The notes under the pieces are model-generated. The model saw nothing but the letters and a program-made list of their open reading frames with translations, was not told the origin of the DNA and made no database searches. Of a DNA stretch of 64,000 bases, positions 37,956 to 47,266 are shown piece after piece. Source of the DNA: Parcubacteria group bacterium (GTDB taxonomy: Bacteria; Patescibacteriota; Minisyncoccia; Moranbacterales; UBA2206); contig JBAZUU010000003.1 in NCBI GenBank assembly GCA_041661275.1, forward strand, positions 25,586 through 89,585, written 5' to 3'. Positions within the stretch are counted from its first letter, which is position 1, and every line of letters begins with the position of its first letter. The translations under genes and the position numbers were made by a program.

Positions 37956-37979
37956 ATAGTGAGCGACACAGTGGGGTAG

Positions 37980-38087
37980 CTATACATTTAAACTCAAATC
38001 AGGAATATAAATATACTCTTTTTTATTCTCAAAAATAGTTCTAACGTCCTTTACTAAGGCGTGCAAATATCCTAAAAATGGCTCTAA
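37980..38087 (-). pseudogene. 3' gene remnant C2 (35 codons; ...LEPFLGYLHALVKDVRTIFENKKEYIYIPDLSLNV*)
   Basis: Minus-strand translation. In-frame stop immediately upstream. The C-terminal 20 aa match C1. Confidence 0.45.
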
Positions 38088-38180
38088 TTAGCCATTTTTT
38101 GTTGGGTAGGCACGCAGCTGGGGTTATGTTAGGCTAAAAACGTGAAAATACCATATTTATTCTTCTTTTTCACGGTTATG

Positions 38181-38209
38181 TTGACAAAAACGTGAAAAAA
38201 GAGTATAAT
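38181..38209 (+). promoter_or_regulatory. Perfect sigma-70 consensus promoter TTGACA-N17-TATAAT with flanking aaaacgtgaaaa direct repeats
   Basis: ttgaca 38181-38186 and tataat 38204-38209. Two copies of aaaacgtgaaaa at 38138 and 38187. Confidence 0.6.
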
Positions 38210-38217
38210 TGTAATAT

Positions 38218-39105
38218 ATGACAAAAACACTCAATGTCTACAATAAAATAAGTTTTCTTCGTGAAAGATATTATAAAGCGTCTATTGGTAAAGAAGCGCT
38301 TATTAAACTTATTGCTGAAACTGAAATTGCCGAGCAGGTATATAACTCGAATGCAATAGAAAACAGCACGCTCACGCTTGAAGAAACTGAAAAAATACTC
38401 CTTCAAATTGATCTGGACAGATATATAACTGAACGAGAAATTTTTGAGGCTAAAAATCTAGCGAGAGTCGTGTCGTATATTAGCAAGAGGGCCAAGGAAC
38501 AAGAGCTTGCTCTTGAGGTGATTTTGTCGCTACACAAGATGCTGATTTCTAATATTCGTGATGATATTGCGGGAAGATTCAGGCGTGACAATGAATTTGT
38601 TCGAGTTGGAAATTATATCGCTCCTGGTCCGCAAGAAGTGTTGGGTCGTCTTGAAAAAATGTTAAATGAATATAACGCGGAAAGTCATGAAAATATTATC
38701 AAACGCATAGCAAGATTACATCTTGCTTTTGAGCATATTCACCCTTTCTGCGATGGTAATGGACGAATCGGGCGAGTAATTAATAATTATTTGCTGATGC
38801 GAGAGGGATTTGTTCCAATAAACATAAAATTTATTGATAGAAAAAAATATTACGAAGCATTTAAAGAATTTGACGTGAAAGGCGCGACTGCTGTCATGGA
38901 GGAAATTGTAGGAAAGGCGTTGACCAATAGTTATTACAAGCGTTTGGCCTATTTGGAGGGAAAGGAAATTATCACCCTGGCTGATTATGCGAAAAAGAAT
39001 AAAATTTCTCACTCGAATCTTATTAATAAAGCAGGAAGACAAACTATCGAAGCTTTTTTAGAAAAAGGAATTTGGAAGATTGGCGTCGATCATAACGGAA
39101 AATAA
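38218..39105 (+). CDS. Fic family protein (AMPylase/Fido domain)
   Basis: HPFCDGNGRIGR is the Fic motif HPFx(D/E)GNGR. Confidence 0.8.
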   Translation: MTKTLNVYNKISFLRERYYKASIGKEALIKLIAETEIAEQVYNSNAIENSTLTLEETEKILLQIDLDRYITEREIFEAKNLARVVSYISKRAKEQELALEVILSLHKMLISNIRDDIAGRFRRDNEFVRVGNYIAPGPQEVLGRLEKMLNEYNAESHENIIKRIARLHLAFEHIHPFCDGNGRIGRVINNYLLMREGFVPINIKFIDRKKYYEAFKEFDVKGATAVMEEIVGKALTNSYYKRLAYLEGKEIITLADYAKKNKISHSNLINKAGRQTIEAFLEKGIWKIGVDHNGK

Positions 39106-39289
39106 TTAATATTTGCGTGATTGATGGTTAAATCTATCCCATCAACGCCATTGCGCGCTCCTTTTTTACCTCAATTCGATCCCAATTTTCCAAAATATTG
39201 TTTCTAGTCGTATCTACTAGCCCGTGCGAAATTTGCTAAAATAGCCGTTAGATTATAAAATAGAGCCAAGGGAAGAACCCCTTGGTTTT

Positions 39290-41092
39290 TTGTTGAAAAA
39301 TATGATTAGCAGAAATTCGAAAAAAGATAATACTGTCCAATTTGATTTTCGTCAATTTTGGATCAAACTCTGGAGGCTTTTGGTTCCGGCGCACGGCAAA
39401 ATAATAAAGTTTGTCATTTTTGTCGTGGTTTTGGAAATTTCCAGGATGGCCGGGCCGTATATTTTAAAATACATAATCGACCTTATCACTAATTTTCAAG
39501 CGGAAAAGATTGGCCAGATGATCGGGCTCATCGCTCTGATGTTTGTGGCTAATCAAGCGGTGTCTATAATGAACTTTTTTTCTGACAGAAGGATTTTTGA
39601 TATTCTCATTACCGTCGAATCATATCTTTCTGACATATCATTTAAAAAATTAGTCTTTCTTGATTTGGGCTATCACGAACGGGAGAATAGCGGAAATAAG
39701 GTGTATAAGATCCAAAAAGGGATTACCAAGATCGATGAGATGATCAGCAGTTTTTCCTGGGAGGTCATTCCGACAAGTATTCAAGTTGTCGTAACTACAG
39801 TTGTCCTCTTTTTCATTAATTGGCGATTTGGAGTGACCATTTTGGTTTTTGTGCCGATATTTTTGTGGTTATCTTTGATTGTAAACAGCACTAATTATTT
39901 AACCAGAAAAAAACGACATGATTTGCAGGAAGACGCGGCCGGATTTATGGCTCAATCGATTGTTAATATAAATACGGTTCAATCATTTGTCCAGGAAAAG
40001 CGGGAGAGGAAAAATTTTCGCGGTATGATGGATCGGGTCTTTGAAATGATTCTTTGGGAATATGGTCGGTATATGAAATATAATCTTTGGCGCAACCTGG
40101 TGATTGACCTTGGGAGAGCGTCCATGTTGCTTTTTAGCATCTATCTTGTGTGGAATAACTCTATTACGGTAGGCAGTATGATATTTGTTTTCACAATTTC
40201 TGAAAAAGCATTAATTTCTCTTTATCGCATCTCGAGGATTTATGACAAAATCATGGAAGCAGGGGAGTCGGTAGTAAGAGTCGATGATTTATTTCAGGAA
40301 AAAGAAGATATTTTCAATAATCCGAAAGGAATTAGACCTAAGGAAATGGAAGGTGCTATCGAATTCAAGCAAGTGGATTTTTCCTACAGGAGTAGCGATA
40401 TTAAGGCATTGGAAAATGTTAGTTTTAAAATCACTTCCGGTTCAGTAACGGCTTTAGTTGGACCATCGGGTGGAGGGAAAACTACTGTTGCCAGGATGGT
40501 TTATCGACACTATGACCCTCAGGAAGGTCAAGTGTTTTTGGATGGTAAGGACTTGAGGGAATATGACCTCTTTTCTTTTCGAAAATTTTTTGCCATTGTT
40601 CCGCAGGAAGTAGAGATATTTAACACATCAGTAAGAGATAATATTTCTTATGCCAAGCCGAGTGCCAGCATGAAAGAAATTGTGGCAGCGGCGCGCATAG
40701 CTAATGCAGAGGAATTTATTTTGAAGTTAAGGGAAGGCTATGATACAGTGGTTGGAGAGCGCGGGGTAAAATTATCCGGCGGACAAAGGCAGAGAATTGG
40801 GATTGCCCGGGCGGTACTGGCTAATCCACGAGTTTTAATCTTTGATGAAGCGACATCCAACCTGGATTCATACTCAGAAAAACTAATTCAGGAGGCGCTG
40901 GATAAAATTGAGAAGGGTCGGACAGTGATAATCATTGCCCACCGCTTAAGTACCATCAAAAAGGCGGATAAGATAATTGTTTTGGAAAATGGAAGAGTGG
41001 TGGAAGAGGGGAGTCACATTGAACTTTCCCGTGAGGAGAAGGGACTTTATCATAAACTTCTGGAGTTACAGAGAATGGGGGATGTGGAGTAG
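39290..41092 (+). CDS. ABC transporter permease/ATP-binding protein (type I exporter, MsbA-like)
   Basis: Six-TM N-terminal domain. NBD with Walker A GPSGGGKTT, signature LSGGQRQRIGIARAV and Walker B ILIFDEATS. Confidence 0.85.
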   Translation: MLKNMISRNSKKDNTVQFDFRQFWIKLWRLLVPAHGKIIKFVIFVVVLEISRMAGPYILKYIIDLITNFQAEKIGQMIGLIALMFVANQAVSIMNFFSDRRIFDILITVESYLSDISFKKLVFLDLGYHERENSGNKVYKIQKGITKIDEMISSFSWEVIPTSIQVVVTTVVLFFINWRFGVTILVFVPIFLWLSLIVNSTNYLTRKKRHDLQEDAAGFMAQSIVNINTVQSFVQEKRERKNFRGMMDRVFEMILWEYGRYMKYNLWRNLVIDLGRASMLLFSIYLVWNNSITVGSMIFVFTISEKALISLYRISRIYDKIMEAGESVVRVDDLFQEKEDIFNNPKGIRPKEMEGAIEFKQVDFSYRSSDIKALENVSFKITSGSVTALVGPSGGGKTTVARMVYRHYDPQEGQVFLDGKDLREYDLFSFRKFFAIVPQEVEIFNTSVRDNISYAKPSASMKEIVAAARIANAEEFILKLREGYDTVVGERGVKLSGGQRQRIGIARAVLANPRVLIFDEATSNLDSYSEKLIQEALDKIEKGRTVIIIAHRLSTIKKADKIIVLENGRVVEEGSHIELSREEKGLYHKLLELQRMGDVE

Positions 41093-41151
41093 GAGGATAA
41101 TAGAAAAACGAACCATCAAGGCTCGTTTTTTTTGTGGGCTGTGGATAACTT

Positions 41152-42384
41152 TTAAGATAGTATTTTTTCGATTTCAGCAGGGGAGACTACTTTCGAATCA
41201 TGCTCCCCTCTTTTTTTAATTTCTACTCCCCCACTGGCCAAACTTTTTTTGCTAACAACGACGCGGTATGGGATTCCAATGAGATCAGAATCGGCAAACT
41301 TTTCTCCGGCGCTTATCTCTTCCCTATCGTCATAAAGCACTTCAATATTTTTCTTCGTCAAATCATTATAAATTTTTTCCGATTCCAAATTTTGCCCAAG
41401 GCTAATCAAATGGACTTTGAAGGGCGCGACAGTTTCCGGCCAGATTATTCCTTTGTCGTCATGAAAAACTTCGACAATCGTTCCCATCGTTCTTTGCGGT
41501 CCGATGCCGTAACAACCCATGATGATATCTTTTTTCTGTCCGGACTCATCAGTGTAGTTAAGATCAAATGGTTTGGAGTATTTTGTTCCCAGCTTAAAAA
41601 TATTTCCCACTTCCACTGCCTTGTCTTCTGTTAGTTTTGTATTTCCGCAGAGTGGGCATTTATGCTCTAAATCTTCAATTATTTCTTTATTGATAGCGAT
41701 GTGGCATTTTTCGCAAATATAAATCGTGTCCTCTCCGGCCGCAGTTACAGTTTGAAATTCGTGGGAATATTTGGAAAATGATCCTCCGGAAGCATAAGTC
41801 AGATATGTTTTTTCGCCCAGTCCCACGCGTTCAAAAACATTTTTGTAGGCCTGCGTTGCCCGATCATAATATTTATCCAAATCTTCTTGTGAAGCGTGGA
41901 AGGAATATAGATCTTTCATAATAAATTCGCGCATTCTTAAAATCCCCGATTTAGCTCTCTTTTCTTTTCGAAATTTATTCTGAAATTGATAGACATATTT
42001 TGGCAGGTCTTTATATGAACTGACAAATTTTTTGGCCAGTGGCGAGACAATTTCTTCGTGGGTCGGCGCCAACGCCATATTATTGTCGTCATCATATCCA
42101 AACTTGACCAGTGCGTCGAGAGTTTCCCATCGTCCAGTCTTTTCCCAATTTTCCTTGGGGTTGATAGACGGCATAAAAATTTCCTGTCCGTCGATGGCGT
42201 TCATCTCTTCGCGGATTATATCTTCCACTTTTTGATAAACCCTGATTCCTAGTGGCAGATAGGTATAAACGCCGGCCATGAGCTTGTCGATATATCCCGC
42301 TCTGATTAACAATTGAGCGTTCACGCTTTCTTCATCTCTCGGCGCGTTCTTTTGAGTTTTGGTGAATAGTTGTGATTGATACAT
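41152..42384 (-). CDS. proS: Proline--tRNA ligase (short form without editing insertion)
   Basis: LIRAGYIDKLMAGVYTYLPLG is a ProRS motif. Class II motifs and a C-terminal anticodon-binding domain are present. Confidence 0.85.
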   Translation of the reverse strand: MYQSQLFTKTQKNAPRDEESVNAQLLIRAGYIDKLMAGVYTYLPLGIRVYQKVEDIIREEMNAIDGQEIFMPSINPKENWEKTGRWETLDALVKFGYDDDNNMALAPTHEEIVSPLAKKFVSSYKDLPKYVYQFQNKFRKEKRAKSGILRMREFIMKDLYSFHASQEDLDKYYDRATQAYKNVFERVGLGEKTYLTYASGGSFSKYSHEFQTVTAAGEDTIYICEKCHIAINKEIIEDLEHKCPLCGNTKLTEDKAVEVGNIFKLGTKYSKPFDLNYTDESGQKKDIIMGCYGIGPQRTMGTIVEVFHDDKGIIWPETVAPFKVHLISLGQNLESEKIYNDLTKKNIEVLYDDREEISAGEKFADSDLIGIPYRVVVSKKSLASGGVEIKKRGEHDSKVVSPAEIEKILS

Positions 42385-42460
42385 AAGTTTTATATATATA
42401 GTAATTTAATAATCTCATAACCATATTTAAAAATCAAATACTTATTTTTATGACGGGCTA

Positions 42461-42488
42461 CCTGACAACGCGCATGCGCGTTGTCAGG
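42461..42488. promoter_or_regulatory. Perfect 28-bp palindrome cctgacaacgcgcatgcgcgttgtcagg upstream of proS
   Basis: A 14-bp inverted repeat with no spacer, 77-104 bp upstream of the proS start. Confidence 0.45.
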
Positions 42489-43332
42489 CTTGATTTCAAT
42501 AGATCGCATATTACTTTCCCAAAGATATTATGCCGTTTTTCAATGGTACCTTTTTGGGGATATCAGTGCTGTTGGTGAGTCGATGATAGAGAAGAATCCA
42601 CATTTTTTCTCTGTCGAGTTCTTTGTGGAAGACGAAGAAGTCTAATAGACAACACTCATCTTCAACAAAACATCCAGCGTATGCCAACACTTTTCCGCAT
42701 CCACCGACTACAACCTGACAGTTAGTATGTCGAATATCGCGCGGCCTTCTTTTTGTGGATGCCTCGTCGTTTTGGAGCAGTTTGCATACCTGACGTGACT
42801 GTGACCAGCTGGGCTTTTTGATCCGTGCCATTGATATTTCTCCTAGTCGCTGAGTTTTGGTTGATCGTTACTTCTGGAAATACCACAGTTTTTTTCTTGT
42901 TTCTATTGAAATTAAAGAACTAAAAAACAACCCCTCCTGAGGTCGTTCATCTTATTCTCTATTGTCCTAAAAATTAGGCTCTACGAAACAACCTCAAAGC
43001 GGGGGTTATTTCTGGTCGCGGGCTTTTGATTGTCGCTAATGTCTTCATGATTTTAGTATAGAGCGGGTATGTGGTTTTTGTCAAATTTCCAAGGCTAAAT
43101 TTAATCTGAAAGAGTCAGTGGATAAAAATAATAGTTGTTATTCAAAAAAGAGCGGCATACCCCTTAAGATTGTCAAAAGAAAATTTAAGGATTGTCTTTT
43201 AGTAACGGATGGTTCAGGTGATTGTTGCGGGGCAAAGTTAGCGCGCATACCTTGTATTTTGATTCAGCCCAGAAAAATCCCGTTATTTTTATTTGATAAA
43301 CAAGCGAAAATGTGTCATTATGGGGTAAATCA

Positions 43333-43605
43333 ATGAAAAAAGGAAATAATAAGATTATTATTTATACGACTGATGACGGTAAGGCGAAGATTGAGGTGAA
43401 ACTGGATAATGAAACCGTTTGGCTAACGCAGAAGCAGATGGCGGAGCTTTTTAATTGTAGCGTGGAAAATGTTATTTTTCATTTGCAGAATGTGCTTGAA
43501 AGCGGTGAAATAAGGGAAAAAGCAACTACTAAGGATTCCTTAGTAGTTCAAAAAGAGGGAAGCCGCACCGGGTTTATCAGGCTATTTTTCCATTTAAATA
43601 TATGA
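43333..43605 (+). pseudogene. RhuM-family (virulence/Fic-associated) N-terminal fragment, about 90 aa (full-length about 330 aa)
   Basis: IIIYTTDDGKAKIEVKLDNETVWLTQKQMAELFNCSVENVIFHLQNVLESGEI matches the RhuM N-terminal domain. Confidence 0.4.
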
Positions 43606-43615
43606 TTAGAATAAT

Positions 43616-44416
43616 ATGAAACCATTATACATCCTCAAAATAGGCGGGAGTGTGGCGACTTATAAAAATAAGCCAGGCATATCCGTTCGAAACTCGCTTC
43701 TCAAAAAAATCGGTCAGTCAATAAAAAAATCCCAGGAAAAGGGAAATTTTGATTTGATTCTGATTCATGGCGCGGGAGCAGCCGGACATCAGCTAGCCAA
43801 AAAATATAGTTTACAGGAGGGGATTGGCGTAAATCCAAAAAAATGGTACGGAGCTTTGATTTCTAGACTTGCTAATAATAAATTAAACACAGCTATCGCG
43901 GAAACTTTTACAAAAATCGGACTTAGAATAGCGCCGGTACACACTGCATCGGCCATCATTCAAAAAAATAAAAAAATTAGTCGCTGCAGCTTAAAAATGA
44001 TTCAAGAGGCATTGCGGCAAAATTGCATTCCTATTCTTTATGGTGAAATGGTTTTTGATACTAAACTTGGCATGTCGATCTGTTCTGGTGATGCCATTGC
44101 GCCATACCTGGCCAAAAAACTGGAGGCCAAAAAAATCATGTTTGCTTCTGACATTGATGGTATATTTACTCAAGATCCACATATTTATAAGGATGCCGAA
44201 TTGATCGAAAAAATAAATTTGAAAGAGATAAATCAAAAAGCGAAAGTTTCTCATTCGCATAATGTTGACGTGACAGGCGGGCTTTTAGGAAAAATAAACA
44301 AAATAGAATTTTCTGATAATTTGCAATCGATTGAAATTTTTAATGGTCTTGATCCGGAAAATTATCAAAAAATATTTCTTGGTCAAAAATTTTCACACAC
44401 AATAATTCTGCCATAA
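43616..44416 (+). CDS. Isopentenyl phosphate kinase (amino acid kinase family)
   Basis: ILKIGGS, LIHGAGAAGH, CSGDAIAPYLA, ASDIDGI and DVTGGL align with IPK motifs (ILKLGGS, LVHGGGAFGH, ISGDDIVPYLA, ATDVDGV, DVTGGM). Confidence 0.65.
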   Translation: MKPLYILKIGGSVATYKNKPGISVRNSLLKKIGQSIKKSQEKGNFDLILIHGAGAAGHQLAKKYSLQEGIGVNPKKWYGALISRLANNKLNTAIAETFTKIGLRIAPVHTASAIIQKNKKISRCSLKMIQEALRQNCIPILYGEMVFDTKLGMSICSGDAIAPYLAKKLEAKKIMFASDIDGIFTQDPHIYKDAELIEKINLKEINQKAKVSHSHNVDVTGGLLGKINKIEFSDNLQSIEIFNGLDPENYQKIFLGQKFSHTIILP

Positions 44417-44426
44417 GAAAAGCGGC

Positions 44427-44915
44427 CTAGGCCGCTTTGGCAAGCTTTTTGATGAGCTTGCGGTAATAAGGAGAATCAAGGAAATGATCCAGTATCGGAC
44501 TGGTTTCAATCCGGACGGAATGACGAAAGAGCTCGGGGATAGTTTTCCAGCCGAAGTAGGCGACGTCATCATCTTCGGGTTGAAGAATTTGGTTACGGTC
44601 GCCAGTGAAAATTCCATAGCCGTAGGCAGTGAAAACGTCACGCCTTCCCGGTATCAAATTGAATTTTTCCCGAAAGATGTGGCAGATCTTCACCTGGCCG
44701 TTAAGAAATCCCATTTCCTCCTTGATAAGACGGAGGATTGTGCCATGTGGAGTAACATCTTTTTCCTCAAAAGTTTCCAGAGGAAAAGAAATCATCCCTT
44801 TCTTTTTAAAATACTCCGGCTTATCTCGCAGCTCTTTTACGGTAAAAACTTCAAGTTCACCGGAGTCGTTTATAGAAAAAACCGGAAACCCTACTCCTAA
44901 AATATTTTTGGCCAT
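44427..44915 (-). CDS. NUDIX hydrolase-like protein (degenerate Nudix box)
   Basis: PLETFEEKDVTPHGTILRLIKEEMGF resembles GX5EX7REUXEEXGU. Confidence 0.4.
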   Translation of the reverse strand: MAKNILGVGFPVFSINDSGELEVFTVKELRDKPEYFKKKGMISFPLETFEEKDVTPHGTILRLIKEEMGFLNGQVKICHIFREKFNLIPGRRDVFTAYGYGIFTGDRNQILQPEDDDVAYFGWKTIPELFRHSVRIETSPILDHFLDSPYYRKLIKKLAKAA

Positions 44916-45088
44916 GATCCCCTCCTTTTTTGAGCCAAAGCTAAAAGTGCTATATTAGAGATTAGCACAAGAAAGTAGGGGTAGGCAAATAGCGTTTGCG
45001 CAAATTGGCGGCTGTATTATAATAGAAATAGACATAAAAACGCATCCAAGAAAGTTTGAGCAATCAAACATAATTGGTGTGGGGATAA

Positions 45089-45634
45089 ATGGACAACAAA
45101 AACAAAATTTTCTTCGCGGTGTTTTTTACGCTTATTGCGGCAGTGGTGATCATCACTTTCACTAAATACTTCGTAGCCAAGGACTATTATATAGAAGCCC
45201 AGGCCGATTGTGATCCTTATACGCAAAAGTGTTTTATCTGGAACTGCGATCCTAATTCGCAAGTTGAGGGTGAAAAATGCACCGGGGATCCGGAAACGGA
45301 TATCTGGTATTATCAAAACGTTAAAAAAATAGCTAACGAAATTCCTCTTTGCGATCCAAATTCTGAAAATTGCAACGCGTTGGCATGTGAAGCCGGAATG
45401 GATTGTGAAGTGACATATTGCGATGAGTCAACAGTCGAGGAAGGAATAACGTGCAATGATCCGGTGAAATATACAGAGGAAAATCCAGTCGAAGAAGAAA
45501 GTAGTGCCGAAGAATGCGCTCCGGATGACGAGGAATGCATAAACACCGAGGACTCGAGTGATAGTATTGATTCCAGTGATGAGAGTAGTTCGGGCGATGA
45601 ATCGAGTGTCAATGTTGAAAATTTTGTGAGTTAA
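45089..45634 (+). CDS. Secreted/membrane-anchored Cys-rich acidic protein
   Basis: N-terminal hydrophobic segment, 12 or more Cys, D/E/S-rich tail. Confidence 0.45.
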   Translation: MDNKNKIFFAVFFTLIAAVVIITFTKYFVAKDYYIEAQADCDPYTQKCFIWNCDPNSQVEGEKCTGDPETDIWYYQNVKKIANEIPLCDPNSENCNALACEAGMDCEVTYCDESTVEEGITCNDPVKYTEENPVEEESSAEECAPDDEECINTEDSSDSIDSSDESSSGDESSVNVENFVS

Positions 45635-45782
45635 GGTTTCAAGGGAACGCGTAACAGCGTTCCCTTTTTAAGTTGTACAAAGGAGTTGTTATTTGACAAT
45701 CTTTTTTTGCGGCTGTATAAGATAGTCAGCATAGTGTTCATTAAATTTATATTGCAACTAACCCGAAAAAGGGAGAAAGTCG

Positions 45783-47114
45783 ATGTTAAAAGTACTGAAG
45801 ATGTCAATGATTTTGGTTTGCTCGATTTTTTTTGTCACGTCAGTCGATGCCGGCGGCAAGCCGGAAAACAGGCCGGCTCCAGCGCCAAGAGCAGCTCCTG
45901 CGCCTCGACAACAAGCGCCAAGACAGCAGATGGCACCAAGGCAACAAGCGCCAAGACAGCAGATGGCACCAAGGCAACAAATGGCGCCAAGGCAAGCGCC
46001 CCAGCAGCGTCCTCAGATGCAGCAGCAACGTCCACAGGGTTTCGGGCAACAGAAATCCTTCGGCAATCAGGGATCTGCTGGCAATAGATTTGGCAACCAG
46101 GGAGCCAATGATCGAGGTAATAGATTCGGTCAGCAGGGATCCGGAAAAGCCGGTAGTACAGGAAGTAGATTTGGCAACCGGGGATCCGACGGTAGCAAAT
46201 TCAGTCAGCAAGGAACTGGCAAGTCTGGCGACAAAACCAGTAGCAAATTTGACCATCAAGGTGCCCAGGGAACTGGAAAGGCCGGTAGTAAATTTGGCCA
46301 GCAAGGAACTGGTAAAGCCGACAGTAGATTTGACAGGCAAAAAACCGGAAAATCTGGCAACAAGCTTGGAAAAACCGGTGAAAAATCCAGTGTCCAGGGT
46401 GCTGGCAAAGGTAAGCAGCCTGACACGGGAAAAATCGCCTCGGACAAAAACAAGCCGGGTGGCGAGAAGATCGGCGGTAAGAATCAGCCGATTGCCGGAA
46501 AACCATCTATGGATGGCAAAAAGCCTATGGACGGAAGAATGTCCGGCCAGAAAATGAACAGACCCAACAGATCCGAGCTGGGCGAGAAAATGAAGAGATC
46601 GCCCAACAAAGAGGCTCTTCGCGACGCGAAGATGGGGCGAAAAGCCGAGCGCGCGAAATTCAGGGACGATCCTAAGCATCACAGACTCAGAGAGCATGAG
46701 CACTCGATGGTGCGCAGTAGCTTTGAATCGCATTCCTGGAGTTACTCAGAATATTCCTACACCTCCACCACTTTTTATGAATCATATGGATATGCACCAG
46801 CACCGTGGTGCTTCGAACTGGCGCCGTATTACGGCGTTTGGGACACAACGTATCTTGGATTCGTTGTAGCCAATGCCGTCGAAATGGAAAGTTCCATTTT
46901 TTATTACCATCACAGAGGGGAAGAGGAGTTGATGGCATGGCGCGCAGAAATGGATCGATTGGCTCAGCAGGATGCTGAACTGGCCGCGCAACTAGCGGTG
47001 CTGGATGAACAAGCGCAGCTGCTGGCAAGCCAAGGCATTGCGGTCAACCCAAACTATGTTCCTGATGCTCCTGTTTTTGCTCCGGAAATTGTGGAGCAAA
47101 TGCAATTAGAATAA
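45783..47114 (+). CDS. Secreted low-complexity repeat protein (APRQQ and FGQQGTGK repeats)
   Basis: Signal peptide MLKVLKMSMILVCSIFFVTSVDA. Tandem peptide repeats. GC-rich relative to the window. Confidence 0.55.
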   Translation: MLKVLKMSMILVCSIFFVTSVDAGGKPENRPAPAPRAAPAPRQQAPRQQMAPRQQAPRQQMAPRQQMAPRQAPQQRPQMQQQRPQGFGQQKSFGNQGSAGNRFGNQGANDRGNRFGQQGSGKAGSTGSRFGNRGSDGSKFSQQGTGKSGDKTSSKFDHQGAQGTGKAGSKFGQQGTGKADSRFDRQKTGKSGNKLGKTGEKSSVQGAGKGKQPDTGKIASDKNKPGGEKIGGKNQPIAGKPSMDGKKPMDGRMSGQKMNRPNRSELGEKMKRSPNKEALRDAKMGRKAERAKFRDDPKHHRLREHEHSMVRSSFESHSWSYSEYSYTSTTFYESYGYAPAPWCFELAPYYGVWDTTYLGFVVANAVEMESSIFYYHHRGEEELMAWRAEMDRLAQQDAELAAQLAVLDEQAQLLASQGIAVNPNYVPDAPVFAPEIVEQMQLE

Positions 47115-47156
47115 CAAGCTCTTCTGGTTTCAGTGAGAACTGGATCTGAGCAATAT

Positions 47157-47200
47157 AAACCCCCGGCTTCGCCTTGTGCGAGATCGGGGTCCTTTTTTTC
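47157..47200 (+). terminator. Rho-independent terminator
   Basis: ccccggcttcgccttgtgcgagatcgggg hairpin followed by tcctttttttc. Confidence 0.55.
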
Positions 47201-47266
47201 AATTTAAAAACCCCGCCGACGTAGCGCCGATGGGGGTAGTGCATTGGCAGCCGATGGGGGTAGTGA

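Larger units (their letters stand above)
23474..39232. mobile_element. Putative integrated element (about 15.7 kb) at tRNA-Trp: serine recombinase, replication-like HTH gene, cassettes of defence-like genes; degenerate tRNA-3'-like attR candidate near 39195-39232
   Basis: The recombinase 3' end overlaps the tRNA-Trp 3' end. Cassettes differ in GC content. At 39167-39232 a sequence (ttcgatccca...ctactagcccgtgcga) resembles the tRNA-Trp T-arm and acceptor 3' end (ttcgattcctacatcccgtgcca). Confidence 0.5.

Noticed and set aside
42511-43336. ORFs 42511..42831(-) and 43118..43336(+) as genes
   Set aside because: No SD, no motifs, atypical composition, inside a probable decayed region. Left uncalled.
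45832-47028. Many alternative-frame ORFs (45832..46557+, 45840..46733-, 46201..46506-, etc.) within the GC-rich repeat protein gene
   Set aside because: Generated by the low-complexity GC-rich repeats. Only the frame with a signal peptide and coherent repeat peptide (45783..47114) is credible.
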